A stretch of 29,978 bases of DNA from Oligoflexus sp. (GTDB taxonomy: Bacteria > Bdellovibrionota_B > Oligoflexia > Oligoflexales > Oligoflexaceae), in contig JBGSTX010000110.1 in assembly GCA_041736305.1 (NCBI GenBank), positions 1 through 29,978 of the forward strand, written 5' to 3'. Shown here in pieces: positions 15,524 to 23,687 of this stretch. The notes under the pieces were generated by a model. That model saw only the letters and a program-made list of their open reading frames with translations, was not told where the DNA came from and searched no databases. Position 1 is the first letter of the stretch. Each line of letters opens with the position of its first letter. The position numbers and the translations under genes are program-made.

Positions 15524-16624
15524 ATGAAAAAAGCCATAATCGTGCTAGCAGTCGCCTGCTTAGCAGTCAGCAGCTCGCTCTTGGCTATTACTGATTTTCA
15601 AACCATCGCTATTCCGTTTACCCATGATCTCAACGGTCTTAGGGCAAGTCTTAATTTGCCTGTAAGCGATACTTTGATCAAAATAACTGTTCCTTATAAG
15701 AAGCTAAAGACACGGGCGTTTAATCCCCGCAATGATCAAACTATAGAACCGCTCAGCATCACCATACCCCGCTCGGAGACCGGACTCCAGGAATTGGTGC
15801 GAAAGATTGCTTTACCTGGAAAGTCAGAAGCCCTCAGCGAAATGCTGCTCAGTAAACTGAAAAAGCAGGGACCATCGGATAAGTCGAGTCTTAAGCTCGA
15901 TCTTGAACCCAGTGACTTCAAATTAATCAATATTAAGGCGATAGGCGACGACCTCGCACGCGACCACCATTCGGTAACGATACACACCAAAGATCTCGCG
16001 AGCGATCCTGCGACTTGGAGTGAGTTCAAAACGCAGCTAGCGTATCTCTTGCCAAAAGAGCAGATAGCTAAGATTAGTCGAAAGGTGAAAGGTGGTGTCG
16101 ACCTCAAGTTGGACGAAGATCTCCTGCCGAATTTCGCGCGGAAAATGGCTGGCAAATTTATTATCTTCCGTGGGCCTAACTGTTTTCACGCAGCCCTGGC
16201 TTTCTTTAATCAGGCGATGACGAGACTCCCGACTATCAATGTCAAAGAGGAAGAGGGTTATCACAAGTCCATGATCAACTATGACGAGCTGTGGCGGGTT
16301 ATCAGCAACCAATTCTACGAAATTGACACCCGCACGACTCCTCTCAAATATGGCGATCTTATGGTCTTCTTTGCCACGCCTCCGGAAACGCCCAAGCATA
16401 TCAATTTCAAGTCAATTAGGCATACTGCGATCTATCTCCTGGGGCCCTATACTTTCTCCAAAGGGTCAAAGTCGCCGAACACTCCCTATTCGGTGAAAAC
16501 TCTGCAGGAAGAATGGACGACCTGGCAAGCGATGACGCAAAATCTGGGTTTAAAAATCTATCGGCGCCAGCTCATGTCACCCGAAGTTGCTATGCCGACC
16601 GTCCGAGATGATTGGATTTATTAA
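15524..16624 (+). CDS. Secreted protein with a putative papain/NlpC-P60-like Cys-His domain
   Basis: GGAG RBS; signal peptide MKKAIIVLAVACLAVSSSLLA; GPNCF, YGDLMVF, HTAIYLG, FSKG. Confidence 0.65.
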   Translation: MKKAIIVLAVACLAVSSSLLAITDFQTIAIPFTHDLNGLRASLNLPVSDTLIKITVPYKKLKTRAFNPRNDQTIEPLSITIPRSETGLQELVRKIALPGKSEALSEMLLSKLKKQGPSDKSSLKLDLEPSDFKLINIKAIGDDLARDHHSVTIHTKDLASDPATWSEFKTQLAYLLPKEQIAKISRKVKGGVDLKLDEDLLPNFARKMAGKFIIFRGPNCFHAALAFFNQAMTRLPTINVKEEEGYHKSMINYDELWRVISNQFYEIDTRTTPLKYGDLMVFFATPPETPKHINFKSIRHTAIYLLGPYTFSKGSKSPNTPYSVKTLQEEWTTWQAMTQNLGLKIYRRQLMSPEVAMPTVRDDWIY

Positions 16625-16750
16625 GAGGGCTCCGAATGGAGTCTCAGCTGTCGAAAATTGTTTCCTCCCCGCCTTATTGATGGTATCTATCCAGCCCTAC
16701 ACTCTTCCTTGGGTCCGAAACTTTTTTCTCTAAAAAAAAGCGCAATACTT

Positions 16751-18055
16751 ATGGCAATAGAAAGCATCAAGCGTCCTAAAGCGAATATCTTTCGGAGTGA
16801 ACGTTGGCGCCAAGACCATCGCGTCGAGCACTATTCCAGCCCACCGCAGCCAGCCCCTACAACTTGTAAAATTGCCCACACTTGTGGCAGCTGCCGCTAT
16901 ATCAATTCATCTTATGAGGCGAGCCTCTCGGAAAAACACGAGCAGGCACTCAAACTCTTCCGTGATGCCGGACTGCTAGAAGGCACTTCGGTAGCTCGTG
17001 CTAAACCTTCTCCCCGTATGCTGGCTTATCGCGCCCATGCCAAGCTCGCCGTAAGGCCTGCTGCTGAGGCTGTTCTTAAGCCCCGTATGGGCGAGCGTTT
17101 TGCAATAGGCCTCTTTCAGCCTGATTCACACCGTCTCGTCCATTTTGATAATTGCCCTCTGCATAGAGAGTCGATCAATCGGCTGCTGCCTGATCTCAAG
17201 GCCGAGCTCGAAGCTTCACCTGTTCAGCCTTACAGCGATGAAAAACAGAGCGGACACCTCCGCTATCTCGCGATTCGGGCTTCGCATCTCACCGAAGAAG
17301 TGATGCTGACTTTCGTCTGTACCGACGATTCGATGAAAGTGCTTCTCAAAGCTATGGTCTTGCGACTAAGGCAGAAGGGGCATCTTCTTGTTTCTGTCCA
17401 TCTCAACGTCAAAGACGACGAAAGTAATGGAATCTTCGGTTCGACGACTAAGAAACTAGCCGGTGCTGATGGATTGCGTGAATCTCTTTGCGGCCTTATT
17501 TTTGAAATTGGTCCAACAAGCTTTTTCCAAGTGAATCCTTGGCAGGCGGAAACGATCTATCGCCGGGTTGAGCAACTGGCTGGCCCTGCAGCTCCTGGCG
17601 AGACCGCCTGGGACCTCTACTGTGGTACGGGGCAGATGAGTCTTCTCCTCGCGCAGCAGGGATTCAAAACTCTCAGTATCGAAGAAAATCCGCAGGCCAT
17701 ACGGGATGCAGAAGCCAACCGCGAGCGCAATCGATTCCACTCCGAGCACGGACCTCACTATATCTCCGGACGCGTCGAAGACCTCGTTGGTCATCTTCCC
17801 ACTTGGGCTGACAGTCCCGGTCTGATCGTGGTCAATCCTTCAAGAAGAGGACTGGCACCGATGGCGCGGGAGCTGCTCTTAGAAGGTCTTGGCCGCCGGC
17901 TAGACAGTCGACTCCTCTACGTATCCTGCGAAGCTGAAACGATGGTGCGAGACCTCGAAGAGCTGCTCCGAGGCGGGCGCAAACTGCGTCAGCTTGAGTG
18001 TTATGATATGTTCCCTTATTCCGGTAAGTTGGAATGGCTCGGAATCATTCAGTAG
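16751..18055 (+). CDS. rlmD: 23S rRNA (uracil-C5)-methyltransferase RlmD family
   Basis: CKIAHTCGSC plus NCPL Fe-S cysteines; SFFQVN, DLYCGTG, NPSRRG, YVSC, DMFP. Confidence 0.88.
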   Translation: MAIESIKRPKANIFRSERWRQDHRVEHYSSPPQPAPTTCKIAHTCGSCRYINSSYEASLSEKHEQALKLFRDAGLLEGTSVARAKPSPRMLAYRAHAKLAVRPAAEAVLKPRMGERFAIGLFQPDSHRLVHFDNCPLHRESINRLLPDLKAELEASPVQPYSDEKQSGHLRYLAIRASHLTEEVMLTFVCTDDSMKVLLKAMVLRLRQKGHLLVSVHLNVKDDESNGIFGSTTKKLAGADGLRESLCGLIFEIGPTSFFQVNPWQAETIYRRVEQLAGPAAPGETAWDLYCGTGQMSLLLAQQGFKTLSIEENPQAIRDAEANRERNRFHSEHGPHYISGRVEDLVGHLPTWADSPGLIVVNPSRRGLAPMARELLLEGLGRRLDSRLLYVSCEAETMVRDLEELLRGGRKLRQLECYDMFPYSGKLEWLGIIQ

Positions 18056-18169
18056 GCTTGCTTTTCAGGGCCAAAAACACAAGCATGTAGCCCTGCTGTA
18101 AGGTATACCGGTCGCTGGTTCACCCAAAATCATCGACCATCCATATACCAGGCAGGGGCACAGAAACTG

Positions 18170-19027
18170 ATGACGACTAGCGGCTACGAGTCTCTCATAC
18201 AACCCAATCCCTCGATGCTAACGTATGGCAAGTACCTCAAGGTACACGAGCTCCTCGCACTCCAAGAGGAGCGTTCCAACCCCAAAGAACATGACGAAAC
18301 CCTCTTCATTATCATTCATCAAGTTTATGAGCTCTGGTTCAAGCAGATGCTACACGAACTCGATCACTGCGAAAGCATGCTAAAAGTTCATAAGTCGATG
18401 GGCGTTATTCGCTCTCTGAAGCGCATTGAGACGATCCAGAAAGTGCTTATTCATCAGGTCGATATCCTGGAGACAATGACCCCTGACGAATTCAATCGCT
18501 TCCGCAGCCATCTCAATCCCGCCAGTGGTTTTCAGTCGTTTCAGTTTCGCGAGTTTGAATTTAGGTTGGGTCTCAAGAACACTGGATACTTTCGTTTTTT
18601 CGCCCATGATGCCGTGGCGACGGAGCGGCTGCAACAAGCCTTTGCAGCACCGACTCTCTACGATGTGTTCCTGCGATCCTTGGCCGAACAAGGTCTCCCC
18701 ATTCCAGTCGAGGTACTGGAGCGAGACGTGACCCAAATCCACGAAGCAGACCCTCGCCTTACTCGCATCTTCCAGGATATTTACGAAGCCCCAGAAAAGA
18801 ACTATCAGCTCTTTGTTTTGCTTGAAGGTTTCATCGATCTAGATGAACTTCTGGTACTATGGAGATATCGTCACGTACAGATGGTGCGTCGCATGATTGG
18901 TGAGCTTTCCGGCACGGGCGGCTCCTCAGGTGCGAAGTACCTGCAGTCGACTTTGAGCAAAACAATATTTCCAGAGATCTGGGACGTTCGTAATCACCTG
19001 GGGCGCACGAAACCTTATGGCGGATGA
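18170..19027 (+). CDS. kynA: Tryptophan 2,3-dioxygenase
   Basis: HDETLFIIIHQVYELWFK, ASGFQSFQFR, WRYRH..MVRRMIG..GTGGSSG. Confidence 0.96.
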   Translation: MTTSGYESLIQPNPSMLTYGKYLKVHELLALQEERSNPKEHDETLFIIIHQVYELWFKQMLHELDHCESMLKVHKSMGVIRSLKRIETIQKVLIHQVDILETMTPDEFNRFRSHLNPASGFQSFQFREFEFRLGLKNTGYFRFFAHDAVATERLQQAFAAPTLYDVFLRSLAEQGLPIPVEVLERDVTQIHEADPRLTRIFQDIYEAPEKNYQLFVLLEGFIDLDELLVLWRYRHVQMVRRMIGELSGTGGSSGAKYLQSTLSKTIFPEIWDVRNHLGRTKPYGG

Positions 19028-19075
19028 AGTAGGTGCCAACTGAGGCCAGGGCCTCCTAAGAACCGAGGAGCTGCG

Positions 19076-20248
19076 ATGAGCTTAAATCAAGTTACGATGA
19101 ATCTTCCGAACTACCCGATGGAAGAGCTGGCCAAAATCCGTCAGCGTCTTATCTCTGCCCAAAAGAAAGTCTTTGATTTCGGAACCGGCGATCCGAAAAT
19201 CCCTACTTGGGAGCCGATCCGAAAAACCCTACTAGAAAACATTCCCGAAATTAGCCAGTATCCGTCGACCAAGGGTAGCCCAGAACTTCTCTCGGCAATC
19301 TGGTCTTACTGTCAAAGAAATTTTGGTGTCAAGCCGTCTGGCAAGTTCGACATTACGGCGAGCAACGGGAGCAAAGAAGCAATTTTCCACATAGCACTCT
19401 GTCTCGTCGGGCGGGCTGGTGGCCGTCGCATTATTGCTTATCCCGATCCTGGATACCCCGTCTACCGCAGCTCGACCCTCTTTGCTGGTGGTCTGCCCTA
19501 TCCCATCGAGCTACGAGCAGAGAATCATTTTTTAATGGAACCATGGAATCTGCCACAGGAAGTCCAGCAAAACATGGCTGCCCTCTGGATCAATTACCCC
19601 CACAATCCAACGGGGGCTACTATAGAAGAAAATCAACTCCTGCGGATCATCGACTGGTGCGAACAAAAAGACGTCACACTGCTGGCTGACGATTGCTACA
19701 TCGACATCTATAACAGTGCCTGGGATCAAAGCGGTAGAAGGGCTCCCACTCCGATCTCTTATGCGCACAAGAATGTATTCTCCTTTATGAGCCTTTCGAA
19801 GCGCTCAGGAATTACAGGCTATCGGAGTGGTTTCATTATCGGCGATGCGAGTCTGATGCCAGCTATCAATACCGCCCGCGCTAACTTCGGGGTCGGAACT
19901 CCAAGCATGATTCAAAAAGCTGCTGCCATAGCTTGGCAAGATGACGAGCATGTCTTGCAGCGGCGGGAAATCTTCTCGAGACGGATCGATCTTGCATTTC
20001 CCTATCTTCACCGTCTCGGGATGATCGCGGATAAGCCCGAGGCGACTTTTTACCTCTGGTGCAAGGTTCCTAAAGCTATCGATGATGTGAAATTCTGTCT
20101 GCAGTTGGCCGAACATGGCGTGATAAGCAGCCCTTCCCAGTGGCTCAGCGAAGGGGTGAAAGGCTACGTGCGCTTTGCGCTGGTGCCTGACGATCCGGAT
20201 ACTTTAGAGGCTATGGACATCGTAAAGAAGTTTGTGGGCTCCCTCTAG
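19076..20248 (+). CDS. dapC: PLP-dependent class I/II aminotransferase, DapC (succinyldiaminopimelate transaminase)-like
   Basis: DFGTGDP, GSKEAIF, WINYPHNPTG, DDCY, SLSKRSG..GYRSGF. Confidence 0.7.
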   Translation: MSLNQVTMNLPNYPMEELAKIRQRLISAQKKVFDFGTGDPKIPTWEPIRKTLLENIPEISQYPSTKGSPELLSAIWSYCQRNFGVKPSGKFDITASNGSKEAIFHIALCLVGRAGGRRIIAYPDPGYPVYRSSTLFAGGLPYPIELRAENHFLMEPWNLPQEVQQNMAALWINYPHNPTGATIEENQLLRIIDWCEQKDVTLLADDCYIDIYNSAWDQSGRRAPTPISYAHKNVFSFMSLSKRSGITGYRSGFIIGDASLMPAINTARANFGVGTPSMIQKAAAIAWQDDEHVLQRREIFSRRIDLAFPYLHRLGMIADKPEATFYLWCKVPKAIDDVKFCLQLAEHGVISSPSQWLSEGVKGYVRFALVPDDPDTLEAMDIVKKFVGSL

Positions 20249-21150
20249 ATTTGGAAATTGGCCATAAGGTGGGCGGCCACTGGGTTTTTGATTCGACGTT
20301 CGCCCGCCACCAGCCAAAACTCTTCTTTGACGTCATCGAGCTGACCAATGCTGAAGAGCTCTTTCGCATTGAGCATCTCCTCGACCGAGTGCTGGCTGAA
20401 AGCAGCTATTCCTGCCCCTGCTGTTGCCATCAATTTTAGAAGGCTCGAATCCTGAATCTCCGCGACGACATCGACTCTCAGATTATGGACGCGCAGAAAC
20501 TGCTCAATTTCACCTCGCATCCTATTGTGTGCGGAGGGCATGAGAAAGGGCTGATTATCGAGCGACTGCGGATAGTTTTTGTTTAACTTGGCAAAATTCT
20601 TTGCACCGCAGATCACCACGGGATATTGTCCGAGCATACGGGAATAGAGACTTTGATTTTTGCCGATACTTTCACCAACCGGTGGGGGGTGATTGATGAG
20701 CAAGAGGTCCAAACGGTGGGCCTTGAGCTCGCGAAAGAGGAAGTCGCTCTGACCTTCCACCACCGAGGCGACGCAATCCCGCAGACTCTGAGCCTCTTGG
20801 TAGAGACGCCACAGAGCTACTTTAGGTATCGTGTCCAGGCTGCCGATTTGAAACTCAATGCGATCTTCCCGCAGTCGATCTCCAAGAGCGTCTTGGAGCT
20901 CGTCACCTAGGCGAAAAATCTCGTTAGCGTAGTTCAAAGCAATGCGGCCTGCCTCGGTAAGATGCAGGCGCTTCTTGCGTCTCTCGAAGAGGGGGTGGCC
21001 AAGGTTTTCTTCGAACTGTTTAAGCTGAGTGGAGAGTGTCGGCTGACCCAAGCGTAGCTTTTTGGCAGCCTTAGCTATGCCTCCTTCTGTAGCTATAGAG
21101 CGGAAGTAAAAGAGATGATGATAATTTAGCCATGCATTATTGCTTCCCAC
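20245..21150 (-). CDS. nhaR: LysR family regulator, NhaR-like
   Basis: WLNYHHLFYF...QPTLSTQLK, YANEIFRLG, ERRIKNP. The stop overlaps the dapC-like stop at CTAG 20245-20248. Confidence 0.75.
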   Translation of the reverse strand: MGSNNAWLNYHHLFYFRSIATEGGIAKAAKKLRLGQPTLSTQLKQFEENLGHPLFERRKKRLHLTEAGRIALNYANEIFRLGDELQDALGDRLREDRIEFQIGSLDTIPKVALWRLYQEAQSLRDCVASVVEGQSDFLFRELKAHRLDLLLINHPPPVGESIGKNQSLYSRMLGQYPVVICGAKNFAKLNKNYPQSLDNQPFLMPSAHNRMRGEIEQFLRVHNLRVDVVAEIQDSSLLKLMATAGAGIAAFSQHSVEEMLNAKELFSIGQLDDVKEEFWLVAGERRIKNPVAAHLMANFQI

Positions 21151-21154
21151 AGGC

Positions 21155-21553
21155 TCAAGTTCCTACTTCGAAAAGGCGCTCGCTTTGAAAATTTTGCGCG
21201 CTTGCTGGATCGATCATACCCTCGAGCTTGATTTTAACAGCGTCTTTTTGTAAGGTGTCCCGTCCTTTTTTTGCAGCGTCGAGGTGCTTCCACTTGATTT
21301 GGTCGATCCATACGGATTGAGTTTTATCGAAGTAGAGGTGGCGCTTCTCAAAGCCATCCTGTTTTTTTAAAACGGCGTTGAGTTCTTCGGCAGCCTTCTT
21401 GCCTTGCTCAAAGTTCACGGAAGGCTTGAATTTCCAGATCGCAAGATCATAGACGTCAGGCTTTCCGGCAGCCCATAGATCAAAAGGTCCCAGGCTCCAG
21501 CTAGCTAGCGAGAAATATAGTGTCATCCGCCAAAATGATTTCAAAGGCTGCAT
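21155..21553 (-). CDS. Exported hypothetical protein, dimeric alpha/beta barrel (ABM-like)
   Basis: GGGAG RBS; N-terminal signal-like segment; KFK...LKKQDGFEKR...WIDQIKW...AK pattern. Confidence 0.6.
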   Translation of the reverse strand: MQPLKSFWRMTLYFSLASWSLGPFDLWAAGKPDVYDLAIWKFKPSVNFEQGKKAAEELNAVLKKQDGFEKRHLYFDKTQSVWIDQIKWKHLDAAKKGRDTLQKDAVKIKLEGMIDPASAQNFQSERLFEVGT

Positions 21554-21717
21554 AGTCAGAATAGCTCCCACTTGGAATATGTTCGAGAGGAAAGCATTGA
21601 TGTAAGCAAAACTTCGGCCAAAAGCCAAGGATTAGACTAGCAGGAATCATTGAGGGTCGGCATCATGTGGGTTAGAGAGTCTCAAGTTCTGGCCTCAACA
21701 AATCTTAGGGTGTGTTT

Positions 21718-22323
21718 ATGAAGCTCTTTTATAGTCCTGGTTCCTGTTCCCTTGCCCCCCACCTCATTTTGAATGAGTCAGGTCTTGCTTATGAAGCTGT
21801 TGCAGTTGATTTAAGAAAGAAAACCTATGCTGGAAGTGACTTTCGTCAAATCAATCCCAAAGGCTATGTGCCTACTCTAGAAATTTCCAATGGGCAAGTT
21901 TTGACAGAATGTTCGGTAATTCTCCAGTATCTTGCTGACCAAAAGCCCGAAGCAAAGCTCATTCCAACTCCTGGAAGTTTTGATCGCTATCGCTGTCTGG
22001 AATGGGTGAATTTTGTCGCCACTGAAATCCATAAGGGATTTGCACCCCTCTGGAACCCTAAGACGCCTGATGCGTACAAGGAAATGGTTCGCGAGAACCT
22101 TAGCAATAGACTCGAATTTGTTGCCAACCAGCTCGCTGATCATGAATATCTGATGGGCAAGCAGTACAGTATTGCCGATGCCTATCTTTTTACGACACTG
22201 AGCTGGAGCTCTATCTTGAAATTCGATCTAAGTCCCTGGGCCCCCATCATTAAGTTCGTAGACAGAGTGAAAGCGCGACCCGCGACACTGACGACGATGA
22301 AAAAGGAAGGGCTTCTAAAATAG
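21718..22323 (+). CDS. gstA: Glutathione S-transferase (beta class)
   Basis: MKLFYSPGSCSLAPH, INPKGYVP, ATEIHKGF, SIADAYLF. Confidence 0.93.
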   Translation: MKLFYSPGSCSLAPHLILNESGLAYEAVAVDLRKKTYAGSDFRQINPKGYVPTLEISNGQVLTECSVILQYLADQKPEAKLIPTPGSFDRYRCLEWVNFVATEIHKGFAPLWNPKTPDAYKEMVRENLSNRLEFVANQLADHEYLMGKQYSIADAYLFTTLSWSSILKFDLSPWAPIIKFVDRVKARPATLTTMKKEGLLK

Positions 22324-22338
22324 GCAGCCTTCGCAGGT

Positions 22339-23007
22339 TCAAAGGCCGCTTTCCTTAATTACCCGCAGGAGAGTGGCCTCATGCAGGTGATGGCCTCCAT
22401 CGAAGCTAGAAATTTCGAAGCGAGTATCCGATTTTTGAAAGCTTTCCGCAAATCTCTTGGCCGCAGGAAGAGTCAGCTCTTTGCGTCCTAACATGAGATA
22501 AAAGCGGGAGAGAGGATTTAGCTTCTCCACCTTGGGCTCCCAGCTCCCGCTGCTCCCCGATGCAAAAATCCATTTCAATGCTGGGTCCTGGTGGGCTTTG
22601 TAAAGCTTGAATGCATAATAGCCACCGTTGGAGAATCCGAGTAGACCGTATGATTTCGGGCTAGAGCCCGTCCAACAGGAAGCTGCCTTCTGCTTGATCA
22701 GCTCAAAGGTTTTCCTGAGCTCAGCCGTCTCGCTTGCGGGCCAGCAGCGCTTGCCATTTGCACAGCGCTGTTCAGACTGCGGTAGAGCTATCCGCATAGA
22801 AAGCTTCTGAGCCAGGTGCTCGAGTACAAGTCGATTGTTCCGCTCGGCATCACTTGCAGACTCCCGATCCTCTAAGCCATGTAAATAGATAAGGGAACGT
22901 TCGGCCTTGTTAGGGCCAAGACAGAGGGTCGCTGCACCCGCACTCCCAGGTCTGAGGATAAAGAGAAGGAGGTACCCAAGGAGGCTAAACTTGATAGACC
23001 TTGTCAT
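22339..23007 (-). CDS. Secreted alpha/beta hydrolase
   Basis: Signal peptide; IYLHG, nucleophile GFSNG, C-terminal GGHHL. Confidence 0.8.
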   Translation of the reverse strand: MTRSIKFSLLGYLLLFILRPGSAGAATLCLGPNKAERSLIYLHGLEDRESASDAERNNRLVLEHLAQKLSMRIALPQSEQRCANGKRCWPASETAELRKTFELIKQKAASCWTGSSPKSYGLLGFSNGGYYAFKLYKAHQDPALKWIFASGSSGSWEPKVEKLNPLSRFYLMLGRKELTLPAAKRFAESFQKSDTRFEISSFDGGHHLHEATLLRVIKESGL

Positions 23008-23597
23008 GATCGGTTTTTACCGACGAGTGAAAGCGGGGAGGCTTTGTTTTCAAGCCTGTCCCAAGCCAGTCGGTATTCTTCCCGCGAAAGGCGCACTATT
23101 TCCGGAATCCCAGCCATCTGCCAGGTCTTAAGTGTGAAGCCAGGGTCGATGGCATTGAGAAAGAGAGCAATCGCATCACTCGCGAGACAGATGACAATGA
23201 CTTCATCCTGGTGATGGAGCATGAGGCTTTGGATTGTGCGAACTATCCGCCTTTGGGCAACTCGGCTCGATTCGAACTTATCAGGTGCAAAATCAAAATC
23301 TTCCCAGACTTTGCAGCGCATCGGGCTCAAGTCCCTGGTTTCGTTTGGCTCAATCTTATGTTCTTGGAGTTCATTTAGAACTAATATCTTGAGTCCATAA
23401 ACCTGGGCGAAGGGTTGAACTGTTTCTATCGCCCCGCGTTCCGTGCTTGCATAGATGTGTCGGATGCCGAGAGATCCGAGGGGTGATACTAATTTTCGCG
23501 CCGCCTCTTGGCCAGCGAGACTGAGAGGCCAAAGTTCCTCGGGCAAGCCGGCTTCAGGGACAGAGGCAGCTTTGCGAAGCAAGTAGAACTTAGTCAT
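23004..23597 (-). CDS. Histidine phosphatase family protein, catalytically degenerate
   Basis: FYLLRKA (RHG position), PLSLAG..A, IYAS, ETVQP, LQE, FES...QRR. Confidence 0.75.
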   Translation of the reverse strand: MTKFYLLRKAASVPEAGLPEELWPLSLAGQEAARKLVSPLGSLGIRHIYASTERGAIETVQPFAQVYGLKILVLNELQEHKIEPNETRDLSPMRCKVWEDFDFAPDKFESSRVAQRRIVRTIQSLMLHHQDEVIVICLASDAIALFLNAIDPGFTLKTWQMAGIPEIVRLSREEYRLAWDRLENKASPLSLVGKNRS

Positions 23598-23687
23598 AGG
23601 TGATCTCACGACTAGTTGTTCAAGCCATCATTAAGCTTTTATACATTAATGAAAGCATAGGGTCGATCGTGGATCTTACCAGTATTA

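Noticed and set aside
20245..20248. Overlapping convergent stop codons (CTAG), and abutting stops at 12416-12421
   Set aside because: Common in compact genomes; no further evidence of a function.
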